A stretch of 64,000 nucleotides of DNA, taken from positions 10,602,001 to 10,666,000 of the forward strand of contig JBHGNT010000006.1 of NCBI GenBank assembly GCA_043228905.1, read 5' to 3'. Source of the stretch: Azolla caroliniana. Lineage: Eukaryota; Plantae; Polypodiophyta. The notes below the pieces were generated by a model. The model was not told the DNA's origin. It did not search any database and saw only the letters and a list, made by a program, of their open reading frames with translations. Below, one piece after another: positions 50,034-62,033 of this stretch (position 1 is the stretch's first letter; the number at the start of each line of letters is the position of its first letter). A program made the translations under genes and the position numbers.

Positions 50034-52855
50034 TGTTGGGAATTCGGTCCCTCTGGATGGGATCCGGATGAGATCCGGAGGAGCCGAAGGAAGGAACCAA
50101 ACTGGATGTAGCAATCGGACTAGGCCGGAAGGTATCCGGTGTGAACCGGATCCAGGGACATATTTGCAAATATGTTTCTGGTGTGCCTATAAAGGCTATA
50201 TTTGTAAATAATCCTAAATTCATATAAGTATAAATATGACTTAGGGCAATCATTTCAGGATTTGTTGTAGTTGTATCATAGGTGTACAAAGAGAGAGAGA
50301 GAGAAGAGAAGCCATTGGTTGGCGAAGATACATAGCACGAGGTCATTGCCTCTTAGTCTCTTGTTGTACCTCCTTTTCTCATATAGTGATAGTTGGAGTT
50401 TGTGGGCTCCCATGGTTTTTCCCTATTACGATTTTCCATGTAAACATCATGTGTCGTCTCTTCTCTGTAAGTGTACGAACTTCCATTTCTATTTTGTTCT
50501 CTCATAAAGTGTTTGAGTCTCTGTTGTGGCCGAGTGCTATTCTACACAAACTAGTATTAGAGCTAACAAGAAAATGGAAAAGTCATTCGGAAGCATGTTC
50601 AAGCTCACCGACTCCAACTACCTAGTGTGGAAGTCAAAGATGAGGGACATGCTCATGGTCAAAGATCTCTAGCTACCGGTACAGTTCAGGGACAAGAAAC
50701 CAGACAAGGTCGATGCCACGACATGGGAGGTGATGCACATGAACATGACAACATACATACGGTGCTTCATCAACATGAGCCAGTACATTAACTTCAATGA
50801 AGAAAGTAAGGCTCATGTGCTTTGGGAGAAGATCAGCACCATGCTAGAGAGAAAAAAGGCCGTAAATCGGGTTTCAATATTCTAGAAGTTAGTGAAACTC
50901 CGATACCAGGACGGATCCAGCATGGCGGAGCACATGAACGCATTCCAGGGGCTTATAAATCAAACAAATTTTCTTGAAGTACCTCTAGCCGACGAGGTAC
51001 TTGCATTTCTCCTGCTCGGTTCCCTCCCGGACAGTTGGGAGATACTACTTTTCACTTTGGGCAACACCGGGCCGGAAGGAAAGTAGTTGTCCTAGCAAGG
51101 GTAAAATCAAGCTTGCTAGATGAAAAAGATCTCGGGAAGGATCGGGAATCCGGAACCGACCCGAAGGCTTTGGTTACGGAAGATGACCAAAATCGTGGAA
51201 GAGGCCGAAATCGGAGTCCCCAAAACCTAGACAAATCGGGGACGAGATCAAAGTCAAGGGGGAGGCCTACTTGCTTCTACTGTGGGAAGTCGGGGCACTT
51301 CCAGAAGAATTGTCAACATTTTCGGAAAGAGAAAGGGGCCGACACCACCGATTCGAAGAAGAGTTCGGACCGAAATGGTTCGAACCGGAGAGGTCCGGAT
51401 TGAAAAGGAACGTCGGCGATCACGACAAATGAATAAGAAATACTTCTCATCATTGAGGAAAAGGACTTGAACCTTGTCGGCGACGAGACAACGTGGGTTG
51501 TCGATTCCGCAACATCGTTCCACCTGACACCGGACTGGAAATGCTTCTCGTCCTACAAAGCCGGAGATCTCGGTTGTGTACCAATGGGGAATTAAGGGTC
51601 ATGACGAATTTTCGGCATAGGAGATGTGTGGTTGACGACATGCCGATGTGTGTCAAGTGGACACGAAGTCACATGCCGGATCACAATACTTCATGATGTT
51701 CATAGACGACCACAACCAGAAGGTGTGGGTCTCACCGTTGAAGATGAAGGAGCTCCACGTGAGAGTGGAAAGGGAAACCGGCCGGAAGCTAAAGGTGGTT
51801 CGAGCAAATAATAGAGGTGAATAATGGGGGCAGTTTGAGGTGTACTACCGATCGAAGGGAATCCGAATCCAATTCACCGTGCCGAAGATGCAGGAATTGA
51901 ACAGGCTGGCTGAACGGATGAACAGGACCATAATGGAGAGAGTTTGAAGCTTGCTAGCATATGCAAAGCTATCCAAGACGTTTTGGGCTGAGGTGTTGAT
52001 GACGGCAACGTACGTGATTAACAAATCACCCTCAGCACCCTTGGAAGGAGACACACCACAGAGAGTATGGACCAGTAAAGACGTGTCTTACCGGCATCTG
52101 AAGGTATTCGGTTATCTTGCTTATGTGCCTGTTGCAAAGGATAAGACAACAAAGTTGCATCTGAAGTCCCGGCCATGCATATTCGTTGGAGATGGCGATG
52201 ATGAGTTTGGATACCGAGTGTGGGACTTGGTTGACAAGAAGGTGTTCCGAAGTCAAGACATAGTCTTCATGGAAGACAAGACTATTGCCGACTAGGAGTC
52301 GAAGAAGAAGATAGCGGACTCCGAATTAATTGACGGGACCCATCCGGGCGGAAGCAGGATAACACTCGAAGAACTGGTCGGACTCGGACAAGAGATCGAA
52401 CTGATCGAAGAAGAAGAAGATCAGGACACCGGAACTAGAAAAGACCCCGAATTGGATTCGGATGAAGAATAGACGGAGGAATCGATAGACGAGAACGAAG
52501 GAAGAAGATATCCTCTTAGGGAGAGAAGAGCCCCCCGGAGATTTCCGGATGTAGAGCACGTATTTTTGACTGATGAAGGGGAGCCGTAAAGCTTCGAAGA
52601 AGCAAAGAAAGATACCCACGACCACAAGTGGTTGAGTGCCATATAGGATGAGATGGATTCCTTGCATGAGAACCACACATACAAACTGACCGAGTTGCCA
52701 AACGGAGAGAGGGCACTCTGGAACAAGTGGGTGTACAAGTTTAAACCGGGAGACGTTGGAAATCCACCAACATACAAGGCCTGGATCGTGGTGAAGGGTT
52801 TTCAATAGAAGAAAGGAGTGGATTTCGACGAGATCTTTGCCCCGGTAGTAAAGAT
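50034..52855 (+). mobile_element. Copia family B element, copy 2 (internally deleted)
   Basis: The LTR starts directly within the RT of copy 1. CFYCGKSGHFQKNC, integrase and RT start are colinear with copy 1. Confidence 0.9.
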
Positions 52856-53880
52856 TGTTGGCCGGTTAGGCCAAAGTATACAAGGGGAGCCGGTTTTGGG
52901 ATAAAGGGGAGTTGCAATAAGAATAAAGTATTAGAATTATAAGATTGAACGGACGGACCCGGAATCGGTATGCCGATCTAGATCCGGACCGGTTCGTAGT
53001 CGGTGGCCGGTTGGCACCGGTTTGTAACACAACCAGGTACCTATAAAAGGGAGCTGGATATGATGTAACTAGGGACGGATAATGAATAGAGAAGTGCTGT
53101 TATTTTCATATCTTGTCTATCCTGTTATTTCCGTTCTGTGCTTAATAATGTTTATTCTACGCCCGTAACTAATCGATCCGGATAACAATCGAAGAGGGAC
53201 GACTCTGTGTTACGGTCCTTCCATCCCTTACCGTACCACCCCTTTGGTGAAGTGTTCCGGAAGGACACCCTGTGTTAGTGGCTTGTCTAGCCCAAGATTA
53301 ACACAGTTTTGGCGACCACGATTCCTGTAGAAAGTAGTGAACAACGGGGGAATGGATGACTAGGCCAATGAACAACCCAGTCGCCAAACGAGCAAAAAGA
53401 CTGAACGAGAGGTTGCGGAAGTGGGACGCTTACCAGTAGGCGGCGGAGGAGATCCTGTCGGATCGGTCTTTTTCCTGAGTGATTAGGCAGGTTGCGGAGG
53501 AGTCACTCCGATTGCAACAAAACCACCACCCGGAAGAAGGAAGTAGTTTGAGCAGTCTGCAGGAAGCGGAGTCCATTCTGCAAACACTTGCCGCAAGAGA
53601 CAGTGGTTCAAAAGCGTTCTCTGCCATCGAATCAGATTCGGACGGCAAACACATCGTCCAATCAAATTATCGTAGTAGCCATGATACCCCAGAAGACCCG
53701 GAAGACGACGAGTTGGACCACATACTAATACCGGAGCCGGAAACAATGAAATCGGAGCCGAAAATAACAAAACCGGAGCCAAAAACAACAAAACCAGAAG
53801 CTCTGGACACAACAACCGGCATAGACCACCAAGAGGAGCGAGTTCTGACACCACAACCGGAGTCACCGACGGAACCAGAT
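52856..53880 (+). mobile_element. 5' LTR (52856-53303), PBS TGGCGACCAC and ORF start of another probable Ty3/gypsy-type element
   Basis: TG..CA ends with ctataaaa at ~53042. The PBS resembles a tRNA-Arg(TCG) complement (from memory) and is followed by an acidic ORF. Confidence 0.65.
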
Positions 53881-54345
53881 GTCTTCTTGCATTGCATTCA
53901 CCCATTTCTTATTAGATTTTGCTTCATCAAAACTATTTGGATCAGGGACTTGTACCACTTTAGACATGTATGCATAATGCATAGCCATATATGTGTCATA
54001 ACCAAATCTTTCAACTATTTTTCTCTCTATCTGATCTTCTCAATTTCTGATTTGCATCTTTCTTTGCCTTTTCTTTACCAGGGATTTTCAAGGCTCCTAT
54101 ACCAAGCTCATCATCCAATGATGTATCTGAATCTACATCTTCCATGTTTCTAGATCCATCATCAAGCATTTCATATTCTGGCATCTTCTGTTTTCCCTTT
54201 TTATCATCATATTTTTTATGTCCGGCATTTTTTCCACTCTAAGCATTAGATTCAGATTTACCACCTGAGCTTCTAGATGGTCCAGTACATGCTATCGATG
54301 TTAAACTTTGTTGTCCAACCTTGTTTCCATTCCATGGTTATCACT
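53880..54345 (-). mobile_element. Inverted fragment of copia family C
   Basis: Reverse complement of ~37545-38005 (e.g. cttgcattgcattcacccatttctta). Confidence 0.85.
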
Positions 54346-56158
54346 TATTGGGAAATCGGTCCCTCCGGATGGGATCCGGTGATGAATAAAGAGGACCCGG
54401 TGAGAACTGGAAGAGATCCGGAAACTGGAGGAGATCCAGAAACCGAAGGAGACCTGGTGAGAACCAGAAGAGAAGACATATTTGTAAATATGTTATGAGT
54501 GAGCCTATTGAGGCTATATTTGTAAATAGCCCTAAGTTCATATAAGTATAAATATGATTTAGGGCAATCACTTTTGTACATTGCAGTAGTTGTTGTCATA
54601 TTGTTGTATGGGTGTAACTATTGTACAGAGACAGAGAGAGTGTGTGTGTGTGTGAGAGAGATACAGAGTGATACTCTGTTGTAACCGCTTGTTGGCGAAG
54701 AAACAGAGCTTGCGGTCGTTGCCTCTGAGTCTCTGATTGTACTCCTCTCTTCATAGTGATAGTTTGGAGTCTATGGACTCCCGTGGCTTTTTTCCCCTAT
54801 TAGGGTTTTCCACGTAAACATCCTATGTTCACTCTTTATTTCCCATTTCTGTGTTTCATTCTCATTGAAGTGTTCAATACTTGGTTGTGGCCGAGCAATA
54901 TTCTGCGTTGTTCTCTTCAATCTAGTATCAAAGCGAACAACATAGGAAATGGAAGAATCATTCGGCAGCATGTTCAAGCTCACCGGCTCCAACTACTTAG
55001 TGTGGAAGTCGAAGATGAGGGATATGCTGGCGGTTAAAGATCTTTGGTTGTCAGTTCAATTCGGGGACAAGAGACCGGATAGGATCGACGCCACAGTGTG
55101 GGAGGTGATGCACATGAAGACAATGGCATACATCCGGTGCTTCATCAACATGAGTTTGTACAACAACTTCAATGAAGAGAGTAAGGCTAATGAACTCTGG
55201 GAGAAGATCAGGATCATGTTCCAGAACAAGAATGTTGTTAATCGGGTTTCGGTATTCCGGAAACTAGTGAGGCTCCGGTACAAGACGGCTCCAGTATGGC
55301 GAAGCACATGAATGCCTTCCAGGGGCTAATACATCAAGCAACCTCGTTGGAAGTACCTCTCTTTGATGAGGTACTCACATTACTTCTGCTCGGTTCCCTC
55401 CTGGACAACTAGGAGACGTTAGTTGTCACGTTGGGCAACACCGAGCTGGAAGGAAAACAATTGTCCCTAGCAAGAGTGAAATCAAGCTTGCTAGATGAAG
55501 AAGCTCGCCGGAAAGACCGGGAGTCCGGAACTGATCCGAAGGCCTTGGTCACGGAAGATGACCACAACCGAGGAAGAGGCTGGTATCGGAGTTCCCAGAA
55601 CTGGGACAAATCGGGGACGAGGTCGAAGTTGAGAGGAAGGCCCATGTGCTTCTATTGCGGGAAGCTGAGACACTTTCAAAATAATTGCCGACATTTCTGA
55701 AAGGAAAAAGGGGGAGTAGATGGTGTGCAACCAGAAAGGATTTCGGAAAGCAAGAACACCTCGGTTATCGCGACAAGTGAAGAGGAGCTGCTGCTCATCA
55801 GTGAGAAAAACGAAGTAAACCTTGTTGGTGATGAATCGACATGGGTGGTCGATTCGGGTGCATAGAAGGAGCATGTTGAATCGTTGGCATCGGAGATGTG
55901 TGGTTGACGACATCAACCGGATGCAAGTTGCTGCTGAAGGATGTCAGACACGTTCCAGAGGTTCAACTGAGCCTGATATCAGCCGGTCGGCTAGATGATG
56001 AAGGCTACATGGGTAGCATCTGGAACGGAGTCATGAAGTTTAGCAAAGGAAGCTTGATCATGGCTAGAGCCTGGAAAATCAACACACTTTATCTGATGCA
56101 TGCCTGGATATGCCGGGAAGAAGTGAATGTAGCATCCGACATTGTCGGTGAGTTGTGG
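54346..56158 (+). mobile_element. Copia family B element, copy 3 (LTR, gag, PR)
   Basis: The LTR is homologous to 16427 and 46519; MEESFGSMFKLTGSNY gag. Confidence 0.9.
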
Positions 56159-56159
56159 T

Positions 56160-57550
56160 AGGGCCACATACATCTATATGAACTAGATCCAAAGGTTGAG
56201 TAGAAGAATCAGAATGAATCAGATGTACACTTCTTGTTTGTTTACCATATTGACAATGCTCACAAAATTAAAAATTAGAAAATGATAATACGGGTAAATA
56301 GCCAAAACGTGATAAAGTTTCCATTCCAATACCAGACATGTGGCCTAAACGGCCATGCCAAATACAAGTCATAAGTTGTTCTATGACTATCAAAAGATGC
56401 TCTTTTTGATGGACAACTAAAGGATAAAGTGAACCAACTTTGTTCCCTTTGGCAATAACCATATTTATTTTCGTAATACGAAAGGACTGGGAAGCAAATA
56501 TCACTTTAAAACCAATGTATCAAGTTGTCCAACAAACATTAAGCTACGAGTTAGCTCAAGCACATGGCGTACATTTTGTACAGTAAACTGAGAACCATTA
56601 GAAAACTGTACCATGACATCTCCAGTGCCAATCACATCACACTGATGTGAATCTCCAAGTCGTACCGTACCAAGTGGTTTAGCTTCGCATCATGTGAACC
56701 ACTCTCTACGTGGAGTCACATGAAATGAAGCACTAGAGTCCAACAACCATGTATGAGCAAAGGCATGAGCAATATTAGCCTCGGCATAGGTAGCATTATC
56801 ATCCACGACCAAGATGTCAACACCATTATTGCATGCGACATTTATTTCCTTTATCTTTACCGAAGGTGATGAACCAGTCAACTGTTTAACATGCCCATCA
56901 CCATGAGTTTTACCCTTTTCCTTGTCTTTGTTCTTCAAGGCATAATAGTCTTTCTTGATATGACCCTTCTTGTGGCAATAATGGACTTCTTGAGTCTCTT
57001 CCTAGACTTACTTCTGTTCTTATCATGATTTCCATGACCATTTCTTGTATGGCTTCTACCACGTTGTTGGTTCTTGCCATAACTAGAATCTCGAACATTA
57101 TATGCCTCTCCAACTTGTGAGGAAACCATAGATTTTCTACATATTTCTTCACCCAATAGTGCTCCACTTATGTCATTATAGACCAATTTCCTGTTTGGTA
57201 CACTGGCGCTAATAGCAGTGCAAAATGTGTCCCATGAGCTAGGCAATGTGCATAGCACAAATATAGGTTTCAGCTCATCATCCATGGTCATTTTTTGAGG
57301 TTGCAACTCCGACCATAATGCATCAAACTGATTTAAATGAGATGCAACACTATCCGTATCCTTCATACAAAGGTCATATAGCTTTCTCATCAAATACACC
57401 TTGTTAGGTGCAATTTCCTTCTCATAGGTATTGCATAACTTTTTCCAAAGTTCTTCGGAGTTTTTACTGTCTAAAACAGTAAAGTAGACACTATCCGCCA
57501 AGTGCAGTCTTATAGTGTACATGGTCAAGGCATCAAGTTCCTCCCACCTG
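56160..57550 (-). mobile_element. Copia gag-PR-preintegrase fragment (another family)
   Basis: LWKKLCNTYEK..NKVYLMRKL, LCTLPSSWD, WLLDSSASFH, WHGRLGHMS. Confidence 0.9.
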
Positions 57551-57557
57551 GATATAG

Positions 57558-58000
57558 TGTAAGAGGAAGCTCATGTACATAAACACACCTGGCTCCATGA
57601 GACACCTGCAGACAGTTTGGTATACAAAGACAGGTAGAGAGATAGAGAGACATAGTAGACCAAACAACAAAAAAAATACTATTCAAAATAATAGTTCTGA
57701 ATACCTAGTCCTTACAAATGTGCTCACAAAGAACTTTATATATGAGCACGGACATGGGCTGACACAAGTACTGACAAGTGCTTTAATGCTCACATAAGAG
57801 CATTTGACAGTGACAATACCTAATGTCCCTATTACTAAGAATAAGAATAAAGTCCGTCAATGGCTTGTCGGTTATCTTCATCGATCCAGTTGTCAACTTC
57901 TTCGGCCGATCAAGCATCTAGCCTCTAGCCAAGCCGGCTATCGTCTTCTTTAGCCAATCCTTCAGCCGATCAGGCTTCATGTTGAGCTTCTCTCTCAACA
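57558..58000 (-). mobile_element. Copia family A-like LTR
   Basis: Minus strand starts TGTTGAGAGAGAAGCTCAAC; duplicated at 59386-59849. Confidence 0.8.
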
Positions 58001-58966
58001 ATTTGCTAGCCCGCTATGTTCCATCACTTTTGTGTACTCCGAGTCAAAGGACTCTCTTCCCACTCAACCTTCTCCACTTGACAACTGATGTCATTTTTGA
58101 ATATGACTACACTTTTTACTGTGACCCAATCCTTGGTGATAAATGGGTCAACCAAGCGAATAGTTGAGGTGAATGTGCACTTGTCCACCGGCACCTCAAT
58201 TTTTGGTTTTACACCACAATCAATGAGTCTTGGAATGATCAATACAAGACAAAGAAAAGTACACTTGATTAACATAGTGAACACTAGATTAAGACTACAC
58301 TATCTAACTAGACATGAAAATCCCTTTACAAAATAATGCCTCGATCTCGATGGCTTTTTACAATGGCCTTTTAGGTCATAAACAAGACTATAAAAAAAAA
58401 AACTATGAAGCCGGCGAGTTTTGATGTGTGGATCGAAATTATGTCGTGCCAACAAGGCCTCCCTTACGTTCAACGGAAATAGCGTCTTGAGTTGAAGTAG
58501 AGTCCTCCAACATTTTTAGATTGAAACATGATGCTAAACCACGTGGATTATTGAAGGCCTTATTTGCAATGCTTTAACCAAAGCAAAAACAAAAGCAACC
58601 CCCCTTTTCATAACACAACATCTATAGTTCTTCATATATTAAATGAGAAGATTTGCCACTTTCGCACAAAAGAGAAGCATTCGTCTCTTTTGGTTTTATG
58701 AGGACCAGAAACATCATGTGTGGACGCAATGTAAGGGCAAGGAATCATAATCTTATACAATAATTTAAAGGCAATACACATGTCTGTATATATACATGTG
58801 TATATTTATAGAGTAATTTAAACGCTAAGGCATATGTGTGTATTTATAGAGTAATATAAAGGCTAAGGCATCATAAATTGGATTCATCGATTCATCACTC
58901 ACTCCACTCCATGTTCTCTGAATCATCTTCCACATTATTCCATTACTTGCTATCTCCCTATTGATA

Positions 58967-59285
58967 ATGGATAACAATTTTCGTGCCCAAGATTACTCCT
59001 TCGATGACCAGCAACAGCTCGCTCACTTCAAGTATGACCTCGCCCCTCACGTGCTTGCCAATTTGAGCAAAACCTTGCTAAAGCTGTTGATGCACGATGG
59101 CGTGATCGGTTCCTCCCAATGGAGGAATCATCCTGAGTGCGAGAAGCTCAGTCGTTCACTAGGGAATGGATTTGAGCCTACCTTGGCGGTGACATCACCA
59201 ACATTAGTTATGACAAGTTGATAGGCTCAAACATAGACATGCTAGCCACCATGACCATGGCATGCGGATGGATCCATCGAATGTT
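58967..59285 (+). pseudogene. Truncated, frameshifted copy of the MTPSL gene
   Basis: MDNNFRAQDYSFDDQQQLAHFKYDLAPHVLANLS versus MDNMFVAQDYSFDDQHQLTHFKYDLAAHVLANLS; the upstream 58150-58966 matches the upstream region of the intact gene. Confidence 0.92.
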
Positions 59286-59299
59286 CATGTTCCTATCTA

Positions 59300-59849
59300 C
59301 TCTTGTCCAAAAGACAAAGTCTTATCAATGTTTTGGTTCGCTTTGTCAGTTGTAGATGATCTTTAACCCTCATGCTCTGATACCATGTAAAAGAATAGTG
59401 TGTGCGAAAGCTCATGTACATAAAACACACCTAGCTCCACTAAATACTTGTAGACAATTAGGTGTACACAAAGAGGGAAAGACAGACTGAGTAGAGCAAA
59501 TAACAAAAAAATTACTATTCAAAATAATAGCTCTCAATACTCAGTCCTTACAAATGTGCTCACAAAGCACTTTATCTACGAGCCCTGACATGGGCTAACA
59601 CAAGTATTGACAACTACTTTAATGCTCGCATAAGAGCATCTGACATTGATGGTATCTAATATTCCTATTTCTAAGAATAGGAATAAAGTCCGCCAACGGC
59701 CTGTCGGTTTTCTCGGCCGATCGAGTTGTCAACTTCTTCAATTGATCATGTATCCAACCTCCAACCGATCCTCCCAGTCGAGCCAACTATCGGCTTCTTC
59801 AACCAATCCTTCAGCCGATGAGGCTTCATGTTGAGCTTGTCTCTGAATA
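59300..59849 (-). mobile_element. Copia 5' LTR (59386-59849) with PBS (59374-59385)
   Basis: gctctgatacca abuts the LTR. Confidence 0.8.
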
Positions 59850-60404
59850 ATTTTCTAGCCCTCTATGTTCCATCACCTTGTGTCCTCAATGTCAAAGGAC
59901 TCTCTTCCCACTAAACCTTGTCCACTTGACAAGTGATGTCGTTTCGGAATATGACTACACACACTTTTTACCGTGACCCAATCCAGGGTGATTGGTCTTT
60001 GTTTTCGATTAAGAGACCCATTTTCTCCCTATCTCGAGCATTCACCACCTTGGAAAACAATAGGACTTTTCTCACGTTGAGTACAATCCTATCAAGTGTC
60101 GAAAGGAAGACAAAACACTTCTTGAACTCTTGAAGTATCACGGTGGTGAAACACTTCTCGAACTCTCCAACTCAAGTACAAAAGAGTCCTCCTAGCCATC
60201 TATAGGTTTCCTAGTTTAAAATACCTTTTATAGAGTTCTCTAGATTGAGCTTGGGTTTCCCTTAGCTCCTAGATTAGGAAAATTGAGGATTGGAGGAAGG
60301 CAAATTTTGTCTGAGGAAGCCAACACTCAAAGAGTACTCGCTTGTCCAAGAAAGCGAATGCTCATGCAAGCGAATACTTGAGGTGAATGTTCACTTGTTC
60401 ACCA

Positions 60405-61239
60405 CGGTGTTGTTTACGTACCCGTATTTAACGTTTAATTTAATACGTATAGTACCTCATAATTTGTATAGTATGTACTATACCTCAATGTTGTTTAGTC
60501 AAATATCACGTACATTTGTCAAATGCGGTATTTAACGTACATTTGAAAAAACAGGTATAATACGTAGTTATAAAAAGATGTAAGTAAAACCGCAACAAAA
60601 AGCAAAAGAAAAAAAAGATTTTAGTGAAAAATAAGCAAAAAGAAGGAAGAAAGAAGAACACAAGAGACGACAACGACGGGGACGAAGAAGAAGAAGAAGA
60701 AGAAGAAAATGAGAGAAAAGAAGACAAAGTGTGATAATCACAAACGATAGAAGAAGAAGAAGAAGACGAAGAAGAAGAGACAAAAGAAGAGAGAAACCTA
60801 CCGTAAGTGTTATAATCGTAGATGATTCCTCAATCTATGGAGGTAGAATCGTAAATCATTACAATTTGAAGTAGAACATCGTGATACACATTTACATTGA
60901 TTTATTGAATAAGTGAATGTTGACATCCATCTTATAAGTATTTTTGTATGTGAAATGTTCAAATGTCTTATACGCATTTTAGGGTGTAGAACTATAATGT
61001 ACATCACAAAATTTTTTCTGTGTAAACATAGATGTTTTTTTACAATATTACAAATATTTTTTAGAAAGGTAAATAATTTTCAAATTCTAGAAGTATTTAA
61101 CGTACTATACGTAAAATATGTATTTTATAAGTATTTAACATTTAAAAAAACTTATTTAACGTATTTTTAAATTGGGATGTACTATACATGTATAATACGT
61201 ATGGTATTTGTTCCGTATCTAACGTACCTAACAACCTTG
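60405..61239. mobile_element. Non-autonomous hAT-like element (MITE)
   Basis: Absent from the paralogous copy (gtccaccg at ~58183-58190). 8-bp TSD variants gttcacca/gtccactg. Imperfect TIRs cggtgttgtt/aacaaccttg and subterminal tatttaacgt repeats. Confidence 0.7.
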
Positions 61240-62033
61240 GTCCACTGGACCCTTAGTTTTTCATTTTACACCACAATCGATGAGTCTTGGAATGATCGAT
61301 ACAAGACAAAGAAAAGTACACATGATTAACATAATGAACACTAGATTAAAACTGTAACATCTAATTAGACATAAAAATCCCTTTACAAAATAATACCTCG
61401 ATCTCGATGGCTTTTTACAATGGTCTCTTAGGTCATAAAGAAGACTGTCAAGAAAAAAACGTATATGAAGCCAACAAGTTTTGGTGTGTGCATCGAAATT
61501 ATGTGGTGCCAACAAGACCTCCCCGACGTTCAACGGCAATGGCGCATTGAGTTGAAGTAGTGTCCTCCAACATTTTTAGATTGAAGTGTGATGCTAAACC
61601 ACATGCATTATTGAAGGCCTTGTCCAATTCTTAAAGCAAAGAAAAAAAAAAAACCACCCCCATTTTCATAACACAACATCTATCGTTCATCATATATCAA
61701 ATGAGAAGATTTGCCAATTTTGTACAAAAGAGGAGCATTCCTCTCATTTGGTTTGATTATGACCGGAAACATCATGTGTGGACGCAATTTAAGGGCAGGG
61801 AATCATAACTTTATACAACAATGTAAAGGCAAGGCACGTGTGTGTATATGTATTTATACATGTGTATATTTATAGACTAATTTAAAGGCTAAGGCATATT
61901 ATGTGTGTATTTATAGAGTAATATAAAGGCCAAGAAGGCATCATAAATTGGATTCATCACTCCACACCACGTCCTTTGAATCATCATCTTCCACATTACT
62001 CCGTTACTTGCTATAATCTCCTTATTGATAACA

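Noticed and set aside
53479-54153. 224-aa ORF as a host gene
   Set aside because: Chimeric read-through from a retroelement ORF into an inverted copia fragment at ~53880
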